From the NCBI GenBank assembly GCA_002269645.1, contig NIVC01001431.1, positions 44,335 to 108,334 on the forward strand: 64,000 nucleotides of DNA. Direction: 5' to 3'. Below are positions 37,251 through 48,489 of the stretch, piece by piece. Both the position numbers and the translations under genes were made by a program. The DNA is from Macrostomum lignano (Eukaryota). The notes below the pieces were generated by a model, which worked only from the letters and a program-made list of their open reading frames with translations, was not told the DNA's origin and made no database searches. The first letter of the stretch is position 1. Each line of letters begins with the position of its first letter.

Positions 37251-40200
37251 TGTCATCTTCTCTCGATCTCTCTCTCATCTTTCAATATGTACTTGATGTA
37301 TCTGATATGTTATATGTATTCTTTTCTATCCCCTCGCCTGCACTCTGATTCTCATATTTACCCAACGTGAGGAATCAGGAATAAGAATTTGAGCTTGAGA
37401 TTAAGAAATTGGCAAAACATTAGCAAAAGCTGGGTATACCTGCATCACTCCACTCTCATGCCTTATAAATTGATAGCTGACCAGACCATGCAGTCTATCT
37501 TGCATCTCGAAAAAGGGCATGTGCCATATATCTCCAAAACTTACCCCATAACTCAAAGATCTCTTGATCTTTCTACTTCTCTGCTCTCAATTCTCATTTC
37601 TCCTTTACTATATAGCACGCACTCTTCTCTCGTGTCATCTTCTCTCGATCTCTCTCTCATCTTTCAATATGTACTTGATGTATCTGATATGTTATATGTA
37701 TTCTTTTCTATCCCCTCGCCTGCACTCTGATCTCATATTTACCCCAACGTGAGGAATCAGGAATAAGAATTTGAGCTTGAGATTAAGAAATTGGCAAAAC
37801 ATTAGCAAAAGCTGGGTATACCTGCACATCAGTTCCACTCTCATGCCTTATAAATTGATAGCTGACCAGACCATGCAGTCTATCTTGCATCTCGAAAAAG
37901 GTGCCATGTGCCATATATCTCCAAAACTTACCCCATAACTCAAAGATCTCTTGATCTTTCTACTTCTCTGCTCTCAATTCTCATTTCTCCTTTACTATAT
38001 AGCACGCACTCTTCTCTCGTGTCATCTTCTCTCGATCTCTCTCTCATCTTTCAATATGTACTTGATGTATCTGATATGTTATATGTATTCTTTTCTATCC
38101 CCTCGCCTGCACTCTGATCTCATATTTACCCCAACGTGAGGAATCAGGAATAAGAATTTGAGCTTGAGATTAAGAAATTGGCAAAACATTAGCAAAAGCT
38201 GGGTATACCTGCACATCAGTTCCACTCTCATGCCTTATAAATTGATAGCTGACCAGACCATGCAGTCTATCTTGCATCTCGAAAAAGGTGCCATGTGCCA
38301 TATATCTCCAAAACTTACCCCACAACTCAAAGATCTCTTGATCTTTCTACTTCTCTGCTCTCAATTCTCATTTCTCCTTTACTATATAGCACGCACTCTT
38401 CTCTCGTGTCATCTTCTCTCGATCTCTCTCTCATCTTTCAATATGTACTTGATGTATCTGATATGTTATATGTATTCTTTTCTATCCCCTCGCCTGCACT
38501 CTGATCTCATATTTACCCCAACGTGAGGAATCAGGAATAAGAATTTGAGCTTGAGATTAAGAAATTGGCAAAACATTAGCAAAAGCTGGGTATACCTGCA
38601 CATCAGTTCCACTCTCATGCCTTATAAATTGATAGCTGACCAGACCATGCAGTCTATCTTGCATCTCGAAAAAGGTGCCATGTGCCATATATCTCCAAAA
38701 CTTACCCCATAACTCAAAGATCTCTTGATCTTTCTACTTCTCTGCTCTCAATTCTCATTTCTCCTTTACTATATAGCACGCACTCTTCTCTCGTGTCATC
38801 TTCTCTCGATCTCTCTCTCATCTTTCAATATGTACTTGATGTATCTGATATGTTATATGTATTCTTTTCTATCCCCTCGCCTGCACTCTGATCTCATATT
38901 TACCCCAACGTGAGGAATCAGGAATAAGAATTTGAGCTTGAGATTAAGAAATTGGCAAAACATTAGCAAAAGCTGGGTATACCTGCACATCAGTTCCACT
39001 CTCATGCCTTATAAATTGATAGCTGACCAGACCATGCAGTCTATCTTGCATCTCGAAAAAGGTGCCATGTGCCACATATCTCCAAAACTTACCCCATAAC
39101 TCAAAGATCTCTTGATCTTTCTACTTCTCTGCTCTCAATTCTCATTTCTCCTTTACTATATAGCACGCACTCTTCTCTCGTGTCATCTTCTCTCGATCTC
39201 TCTCTCATCTTTCAATATGTACTTGATGTATCTGATATGTTATATGTATTCTTTTCTATCCCCTCGCCTGCACTCTGATCTCATATTTACCCCAACGTGA
39301 GGAATCAGGAATAAGAATTTGAGCTTGAGATTAAGAAATTGGCAAAACATTAGCAAAAGCTGGGTATACCTGCACATCAGTTCCACTCTCATGCCTTATA
39401 AATTGATAGCTGACCAGACCATGCAGTCTATCTTGCATCTCGAAAAAGGTGCCATGTGCCATATATCTCCAAAACTTACCCCATAACTCAAAGATCTCTT
39501 GATCTTTCTACTTCTCTGCTCTCAATTCTCATTTCTCCTTTACTATATAGCACGCACTCTTCTCTCGTGTCATCTTCTCTCGATCTCTCTCTCATCTTTC
39601 AATATGTACTTGATGTATCTGATATGTTATATGTATTCTTTTCTATCCCCTCGCCTGCACTCTGATCTCATATTTACCCCAACGTGAGGAATCAGGAATA
39701 AGAATTTGAGCTTGAGATTAAGAAATTGGCAAAACATTAGCAAAAGCTGGGTATACCTGCACATCAGTTCCACTCTCATGCCTTATAAATTGATAGCTGA
39801 CCAGACCATGCAGTCTATCTTGCATCTCGAAAAAGGTGCCATGTGCCACATATCTCCAAAACTTACCCCATAACTCAAAGATCTCTTGATCTTTCTACTT
39901 CTCTGCTCTCAATTCTCATTTCTCCTTTACTATATAGCACGCACTCTTCTCTCGTGTCATCTTCTCTCGATCTCTCTCTCATCTTTCAATATGTACTTGA
40001 TGTATCTGATATGTTATATGTATTCTTTTCTATCCCCTCGCCTGCACTCTGATCTCATATTTACCCCAACGTGAGGAATCAGGAATAAGAATTTGAGCTT
40101 GAGATTAAGAAATTGGCAAAACATTAGCAAAAGCTGGGTATACCTGCACATCAGTTCCACTCTCATGCCTTATAAATTGATAGCTGACCAGACCATGCAG

Positions 40201-40290
40201 TCTATCTTGCATCTCGAAAAAGGTGCCATGTGCCATATATCTCCAAAACTTACCCCACAACTCAAAGATCCCTTGATCTTTCTACTTCTC
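37251..40290 (-). repeat. 387-bp tandem array, about 8 units, right arm (inverted)
   Basis: Reverse complement of the left array, including the same unit-specific SNPs. Confidence 0.97.
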
Positions 40291-41513
40291 TGCTCTCTGC
40301 TTTTACAACAATTAAGAAAAGAAACTCGATTTTTACTGAGCCCCATGCAACATCCTGTAGCCTCTGGATGCGCCCCTGCTGGCACATGATAGCCGCGTAA
40401 ATGCATATTTAAAGCAACTCGGTGTTGTAGTTATGCACTCAGGCTCGTCGCCATGGATTTTATGGTGGGTGACAAAGCCAAGATTTCTACTACATGTAAA
40501 TGTACACGACGAAATTCCTACACGTACATTACTATCAGAATCCGTGTTGTCAGCACTCATTTCAGCGCCGCAGGTACTCATTTTAGCGCCGCAGGCACTC
40601 ATTTTAGCGCCACAGGTACTCATTTTTAGCTCCGCAGCCACTCATTTTTAGCTCCGCAGCCACTCATTTTTGCGCCACAGGCCTCATTGTATATAGACAA
40701 ATTTCCACTTACAAGCTTTAATTTAAACTGAAGAAAATGGTAACAAAACTGGTATAAAATAGTCTATTTTTATAAATGACTGAATGGCCCTTAGCAGCTA
40801 ATAACATTTTGCTTTTAGAGCGTAGTATATCTTTATTAATTCATCATTTTTTGTACAACTCGTATATCCGGAAAGTAGTTAGTTAGTAGTTAGTAGTAGT
40901 TAGATAGTAGATAGTAGGATCTCTAGTAGGATACTAAAAGTAGTATGAGCGAAACATGTGCACTATAGTTTAGGGACATACACTAGCATAATGTTGTAAG
41001 GTCGCAATTCATCATTATATTTTAAAGATGGCCCGAAGAAATGGTCCTTTTCCACTCACACGTCCGATTTCTTTTCCAGATGGAACCTGCTAACTTTAGT
41101 GCTGCAGCTGCCGCCCCTGCCGCAAAAATAGAAAATAGAATGTCTTAGAATACAATGGAATAGAACGTAATAGAATAGAATGAGAAATAGAAAATTTCCA
41201 GATACAAAATATTGGAAGAAGTTTAAGAACCGATTTTACAGATACTAAAAATCAGTGTTGCGTTGAATGCAAAACGGTTTATCAGGGATCAAGTATGCTA
41301 CAGTTTACATATCGACATTGTCATATTGGCATTGTTAAACACTAAATGTCAAGATGGCGCGAAATCTTGGCGACTAATGACTGACAACAACAACAAGTTA
41401 CGCCCCAGGGTCGAGGTTGGGCATCACAGGTCGCGCCCCAGAGCACGGGAGCGGAGAAAGGCCGGTCCACCGGCCTGGTCGGGGGCGCCAGCATCGGCCA
41501 GCAGGCAGTCCGG

Positions 41514-41681
41514 ATACCGCCGAGTGCGCGCCTGCTCGATGACTCACCGAAGGGCCAGGATCTGCGTAACAGTGCCGCGTCTTGGCCGGAACCCGTTCTG
41601 CTCGGTCCGCAGGTAGGGATCCAGCACGGGCTGCAACGGGGTAAGCAGGAGCCGGTTGAACAGCTTCGCGGCGATGGACAT
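41514..41681 (-). pseudogene. Non-LTR RT fragment, mirror copy
   Basis: Reverse complement of 29423-29590. Confidence 0.85.
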
Positions 41682-42432
41682 TACTAATGATTGAGTCATA
41701 CAACAAAGAAGAGTAGATAGGACATAAAATAGAGATACACAGTGAAAGTAGCATGACTGAATGACCTGGAGGAGGGTGTGATAAAAAGGGTGATTCTGGA
41801 TGGGCAATTGTAAAAGAGCAAATCTAGACGGGCGAATCTAAGTAAAATCATAAGTCATTGTCAAATGTTAACATTGCAATAAGTGTGTAAAAGAAGAAAA
41901 CAAATGCAATACACAATGAAGTCGTTAAAGTAAACTATAACTTAATTATAACAACGTGTATTTAGTAGAAAATGGAACGATAAACTGTCAACAAACAGTG
42001 ATCTAAATGGAAGTACACCTGATTGAAAAATAATCAATAACAAAAGTATAAAAGGTAACGAAATAAGTGCTCTTTGGCTCCATTAATCAAAACAGTTTAG
42101 CGCCAGTTTATAAACTGAGTGACAGTTCATCACTGCATTAAACTGAATTAATTAACGTTAACAGGTCCGCTACGTGTAAGCAGAGCACATGGACCCAGGA
42201 ATGATACAGCTGAGCAGCGAATTCACAGCACACTTGAGCTATTGTGTGCAAGTGAGGTTAAAAATGACATCTATTGGCACAGCAATTTTTAATTACCACT
42301 TTATACGATAATTTTAATGATTGCAAGTGCTTGAGAATAAACTGTTAAATTAATTTTGTATTTCTGCTCGCTCAGAGATTGCCATTACAGTGAGTAGGAG
42401 AAGGGGTCGGGGTTCAAGGACTATTAAAAGGT

Positions 42433-43251
42433 CTAATCAGCAAATCGATTGCTTTTTGGGGAAGAGGACACCAGGTTTGGATCAAATTTAGTTACTTTAA
42501 CTTCATGTGACGATTTCCGTCTGCGAATAACGGGTTGTGGAACTATTGTGAGAGGAACAATTGCTTTAGGCTTGAGAGGAATAGGAACTGGGCCGATTGC
42601 AGCGGGGAATTTTTTTCCTGGAGATTTTTTTAAATTTCCTAGTGAGCATCTAGGAATACAATTGGCAATTTCTTTTGTTGATGTAGCACAAGGCAGTCTT
42701 GGTGCACCACAGTTGCACCCAGAAAATGTGCAATGCCGATCAGATTGCTTAGGACTAGATGCCGCAGTAGAAGTTGAGGCTGCAACAGGTTGTGAAGCTG
42801 CACGGAGTGGAGCAACGTTGTCTGTCTCGCTTATTTCGTAATTATAAACCAGATGTTGAATGTCCAGGACTACTTGATCGAATGGAGCATAGTGGATGGG
42901 CACTTCTTTTACAACTGCCAAGTCGCGAAGCTCTGCCAGACGTACGGAAGCTTGTTTTCTCATTCGCTTAGTAGCAGCCCGACCTGCCAGGTCTTTTCTA
43001 CGACTTGGAGTTTGAAATTCGGAAGCATGGTTGTTTCGAAAGTGCATTCTAGGGCAAGAAATCATATCCTGGCAGAGAGGGCAGAGAGCCACAGACTTGG
43101 CCTTCGAATTGGCTTTAGACAGATCAATCATGGCCTGAATCTGCTCATCAGTTGTGGTAGGGTGAAACTTTTCCCGATGTCGCCACAATTGGTACGTTCT
43201 ACCAGTCCATGAGCACAAAAAGCAACAGATTTTTGCGTGTTTATTAGGCAT
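42433..43251 (-). CDS. Double C2H2-type zinc-finger protein, right copy
   Basis: Same translation as 27853-28671. Confidence 0.8.
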   Translation of the reverse strand: MPNKHAKICCFLCSWTGRTYQLWRHREKFHPTTTDEQIQAMIDLSKANSKAKSVALCPLCQDMISCPRMHFRNNHASEFQTPSRRKDLAGRAATKRMRKQASVRLAELRDLAVVKEVPIHYAPFDQVVLDIQHLVYNYEISETDNVAPLRAASQPVAASTSTAASSPKQSDRHCTFSGCNCGAPRLPCATSTKEIANCIPRCSLGNLKKSPGKKFPAAIGPVPIPLKPKAIVPLTIVPQPVIRRRKSSHEVKVTKFDPNLVSSSPKSNRFAD

Positions 43252-44256
43252 GGCTAAAACAGTTGTTGAATAATTGGATTGGTGTTTTAGAAGACTTAAT
43301 TTCAATGCGTCGAGTGGCTAGCTGAAATAAGTATAGCATTGTTTTTTTAGTAACTGAAGAAAGTCAGTAGCAAAAGTTACATCTAGTTAAAGCTGATTGA
43401 ATTATGGGGACAGGGTTGCACTGTATAATATTAGTAAGTATAACTAAATAACCATAGGGTACCATTATACAAAAAGAGATTAGTATGACTGAATGGCCTG
43501 GAGAAAAGATAACAGCACTCCTGGCTGAGGGGTCCGTATCAAGTATGACATCAAGACTGATCAAGTATTCGATGCTGACTTCTTATAGATAGCGCAAAGT
43601 TTAGGCCTACAGCTAGGGTCTTAAGTCGATTCTAAGGTGTCGATTCTATGGATTTGAGAATGGCAATCGGGATCGAAAACTGAGTCCTAACTAATATTGA
43701 CGACTTAAAAATGAGAAAAAGCAACCAACATATCGTTTAATAACACCATAACGGGCGAAAATGTCAACTTAACGGCAGTTTAATTTTCATGCAATGAAGT
43801 GTAGTATAAAAGGTAACGAAATAAATAAGTGCTCTTTGGCTCCGTTAATCAAAACAATTTAGCGCCAGTTTATAAACTGAGTGACAGTTCATCACTGCAT
43901 TAAACTGAATTAATTAACGTTAACAGGTCCGCTACGTGTAAGCAGAGCACATGGACCCAGGAATGATACAGCTGAGCAGCGAATTCACAGCACACTTGAG
44001 CTATTGTGTGCAAGTGAGGTTAAAAATGACATCTATTGGCACAGCAATTTTTGAATAATTTTATTGCAAGTGCTTTGGAAACAGCCGACACAATAAATCA
44101 CTGTGTAATTGAAGTGTTCAGCTAACTAAAAAATTTAAACTTGCTCAAAAAGTATCTTCTGAATCATCCGATTCAGACGCTGAAGACTCAGGTAAAGCAG
44201 ATGTGCGAAGGACAGTAACCTAGGAATGTAGACAGTGCGAACGACATGCGAAAAAA

Positions 44257-45255
44257 TTAAGAGTTTAGCCACGGAAACTTTTGCAAACACTCTTCATCTC
44301 GTTCACCATAATCATAAAGCAACTCAATTCCCTTGGGAATATTATGTAATGCAAAAAATCCTATTCGGCTTGTGTGGCGTCCAATGTCTTTGCAAGGTGA
44401 TATGACACTAGGAACCAAGTTTGGGTTCAGTCGACTATGATTAATATAGCGACCTACAGAATCAGTGAGGGTAGCGTCTTCGCATAATGATTTTGAACCA
44501 TAAAAATAGAAAAAGGCGAATGCGGGCGAATCTCCTTCGCGAGATCGCTTTTCTTCCCTAGCCGCCCCTTCTTTTTTGGATAAAACTGCTCCACCATAGA
44601 AACAGACGAATGACTTCGCCTTGATATTCTCATCAGAAAACAGTCCATAACCCTTCTCACCCGCTAACTGAACTGTAACTTTTGCCGGAAGAAGTTTTGA
44701 GGCTTTTGTATAGATTCGGAGACAAGACTGTTTACCAGCCCGCGACTCTTGTTCTCTGTGGGAGGATATACAAAGATATTTTTAGGTTTATACAACCGTT
44801 TACATGTCTGATCAAATCTTGAAAAGCAGGATAGGCAATAACATTACTCACCTCTCGTGCAATCCCTGTTTTTCGTTCTCGTAACTTGAATCCGGATACC
44901 GTGGCAAAGGCTGGTCGGCAATAAAACACCAGTACAGTTCTCCGAATCGCCGCAGAGCACGTTTTCTCGCCAACCTGATAGCTGGTTGTCCAGTTAATAA
45001 GGAGTTAAGACGCCTGTAATCGCCCGCATGACATTTAGCGTAGTGATCTCGCAAATTTACAGCAAACTGATCACATAGCGCGCATAATTTTACATCTGAC
45101 TTTCTGGACCAACGAAGATATTGAATTATGCAACTTGCTCTTTTAGCGTCTAAAGCATGCTTTTTAGTTGCATGCAAAAGAAGTCGATCAGCTCGAGCAC
45201 TATAGGTACTTAAACCAGGAAGACACAGAGGGCACTCGTACTTTTCAGTCGTCAT
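44257..45255 (-). CDS. Zinc-finger + PR-Set7/SETD8(KMT5A)-like SET-domain protein, complement(join(44257..44755,44852..45255)), 300 aa
   Basis: The track ORF (135 aa) ends at donor AG|GTGAGT (44851). A 96-bp intron ends at CCCACAG (44756). Exon 2 reads in frame: ...GEKGYGLFSDENIKAKSFVCFYGGAVL...AFFYFYGSKSLCEDATLTDSVGRYINHSRLNPNL...RIGFFALHNIPKGIELLYDYGERDEECLQKFPWLNS*. This matches the SET8 signatures KGRG, EYHG, CVDAT, GRLINHS and ELLYDYGDR...HPWL. Confidence 0.9.
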
Positions 45256-45977
45256 GGTAGATTTGTGATCGTAGCCAAAGATTGATAGATTATTACCACA
45301 AAAAAGAGTAAATTAATTGATTTTTGCCGACTCGTTTCAGATAACACAATCACTTTCGGATTTCAATAAGAAATCTGTAAAAAGGTGGACACATGTCGAC
45401 ATGAAAGACAGATTGATTGAGTACTAAATCTTTGTGATACTAAAAACTTAGGACTACAGCTAGGGTCTTGAGTCGATTCTATGGATTTGAGAATGGCAAT
45501 CGGGATCGAAAACTGAGTCCTAACTAATATTGACGACTTAAAAATGAGAAAAAGCAACCAACATATCGTTTAATAACACCATAACGGGCGAAAATGTCAA
45601 CTTAACGGCAGTTTAATTTTCATGCAATGAAGTGTAGTATAAAAGGTAACGAAATAAATAAGTGCTCTTTGGCTCCGTTAATCAAAACAATTTAGCGCCA
45701 GTTTATAAACTGAGTGACAGTTCATCACTGCATTAAACTGAATTAATTAACGTTAACAGGTCCGCTACGTGTAAGCAGAGCACATGGACCCAGGAATGAT
45801 ACAGCTGAGCAGCGAATTCACAGCACACTTGAGCTATTGTGTGCAAGTGAGGTTAAAAATGACATCTATTGGCACAGCAATTTTTGAATAATTTTATTGC
45901 AAGTGCTTTGGAAACAGCCGACACAATAAATCACTGTGTAATTGAAGTGTTCAGCTAACTAAAAAATTTAAACTTGC

Positions 45978-48489
45978 TCAAAAAGTATCTTCTGAATCAT
46001 CCGATTCAGACGCTGAAGACTCAGTCGCCGACTCAGTTGGCGAGTCGTTGCTAATAGGAGGAACATTTTCAATGCTTTGTTCTGCGCCGCCCAAAATGAG
46101 TCGAAAATATTCTGCCCTTGCTGGAACGTCAAGATTTACAACTCTTTCTAAAATTGATCGAAATAGTTTTCGAAACTGAGCCGCCAAACCAGCCTGATTA
46201 TCTAGACTCTTGCAAACCATGTCCATTTTTACAATAAAGTCATACCATTCCTCAGATACGATATGCAGTTCCTCATTCACTCTGTCGTACTTATGATAGA
46301 GATCGATTGCACGCCGACGGAAACGGACAGAAGTAGCTGATTCAGATAAACCATCGTACTTTGAACTATTTGGCTTCCGATACTGATCAAAAGAACCCCG
46401 GGTCTCTTCCGGCAGACGATTAATATCAGCTTTCATTTCTGAAGTCAAACCTTGTACACGGCGCAAGCAAGCTCTGTTATGACCTTGGCCCATATTTAGT
46501 CCAGACTGTCGCAGCCAATGTTCTCTGAGAACTGCAAGCGAACGAATATTAGATAGAAGGTCGTTTTCAGAGTTTTCTACTGCGCCTATAAGAGAGTTCT
46601 GATGCCACTGACGGCCGAGATTCCGAATTTGAACCTCCGAAAGTACTAAGCTTCCGTCTAAAATTCCGGAAGCTTGCTGTATTCGTGCATCATCAAGAAG
46701 TGAGTTCATTTCCGAAGACATGTTTTTTATCGTACTGTCCAAAAGTCTGAGACGTTGCTGGAACCACTGGGGTGTGTTAAACAATTGATTCGCATTGAAA
46801 TGAAACAGAATTTGAGACATACAGGTGCTCCTACGATCAGGTCGCATGTACTTTAGTGAATGCCCATATGGGCGAAGTTGTGCCCAAGCTCTCTCTGTGT
46901 TCTCGCCATCACACAAGCCCGCTCCAGGAGTGACACGCACAGAGAACCTTCTTTGGCAGCTTGGTTTGTGGCCAAGTGCGTGGAATGCATTGATGGCACA
47001 TGAAGAGGCCTGTACGTTAGCACCAGATTTAGTAACTGCGGATTGTACGCGAGCTGAAACGCGGCAGCCTGCAGTGAGATGTGAGAAAAATGTATGTACT
47101 TTATTTTGATCCCGCTAAATTATACGGACATAGTATGCAAAAGATGCACTTACCAACGTCATAGATAAGAAGCAATTTCTTCGATACAGACGTGTCTCTT
47201 AGAAAATGCTCAAGGCACTGTTCTATGTAGCAGAACCGCTCTCCTGTCGTAGTAATGTTACAACCATTCAATAGACGATTGTGCCGGCAAAAAAGTCCAA
47301 AAAAGCCATACACATCATGTCTACCAGCACCTCGGGATGGTGGCTCGAGCGCCCCAGCTTTCCAACTTGGACAGTTTTGTTCTTCTAAGCGATTTTTTGG
47401 CGCGTCTGCTTTGACATCTACATTCACTAATGGAACAGGAAGCGGACGACCATCTGACGGAGTTAGAGCTTGCCTGAATCCCATTGAAGAAAATCTTTGC
47501 CAGCCGAAAAGCGCATCAGCACAAACAACAGTCTGGCGATCATTATGCTGATCGGGACACAAGAGACACGACTTGGGCCATTTTGCTGAGCGGATCTGTA
47601 ATTGTCTAAATTTTAGCAGAACACAGTGGCGTTGCAGACGTTGATACAAACTTGATGCTAATTTATCTCTGCAGATTCCTTGGCCAACAGTAGCACCTAA
47701 AAACAGGGCTTTGATTGCCCTGTGAGCCGGTAGTCGACCTACAGTAGTCAAATTGTCGAGAAGTGTTAATAAACTTATGGCGAAATAGGCTGTGCAGTCT
47801 GTGGCGGTTGCGGTTGCATCATAAGACGGGAAGTAACCCATTGAGAGAAGCGCATCCACTTTGTCACATGAACTACACGTAAACATCTGAGCTTGAACGA
47901 TTCCCGACAAATCGATTAGCTCAACAGTTGATGCAGCCGACAATTCGCGAGCCTCTCTGCTTGCCACACAACAGAAAAGTGCAGCAACCATGGGCACGTG
48001 CACTGGATCTGCAAACATAAGCGTCTCAGAATTCCACTGTTCAAATTTGTGTGGTGCAAAATCACCATGTGTGATTTCTTTACAGTCTTCACAGAAATCC
48101 AGCCTACAAGTGACACACCGATAAATTCCAGGCGCATCACTGCAACGAATGCATGAACCCAAGTTGAAATAATTTTCATACGCATTGCTGTGAAGATCCG
48201 AAAACATGGAATGATCCTCCCACTCAGTTTCTTCAGGCGGATTTGAAGGTTCAGTAGAATTTTCAGGCGGCATTTCGGCTGCATTATCAGGCATTTCAGG
48301 AAAAAAATAATTCCCTACCGACTGATCCTGATGAGAACCATAAGCAGAGCTTGAGCTAGGACGACGGGTGGCACCAAAACCAGAAGATTTCTGGAGCTTT
48401 CTTGGACGTCCTCGACGGCTTGTCCGCAATACAGCTTCGACATCACTATCAGAATCTGTATTAGAAAACAATGTTCTGCGGCGAGACAT
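45978..48489 (-). CDS. KDZ transposase, right copy, complement(join(45978..47068,47154..48489))
   Basis: Same translation as the left copy, same intron. Confidence 0.92.

Noticed and set aside
31030-40074. Repeated 62- and 69-aa hydrophobic ORFs in the 387-bp arrays
   Set aside because: They come from the CT-rich strand, overlap each other and show no domain. Expression cannot be excluded, but nothing supports it.
30815-40290. CRISPR array or tandem RNA genes (5S, snRNA, SL)
   Set aside because: Units are identical end to end with no unique spacers, the context is eukaryotic, and I recognise no RNA-gene motif.
44732-44929. Alternative 44-bp intron (acceptor at 44808) for the ZnF-SET gene
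   Set aside because: It gives a short meaningless C-terminus. The 44756 acceptor has a better pyrimidine tract and yields a complete SET domain.
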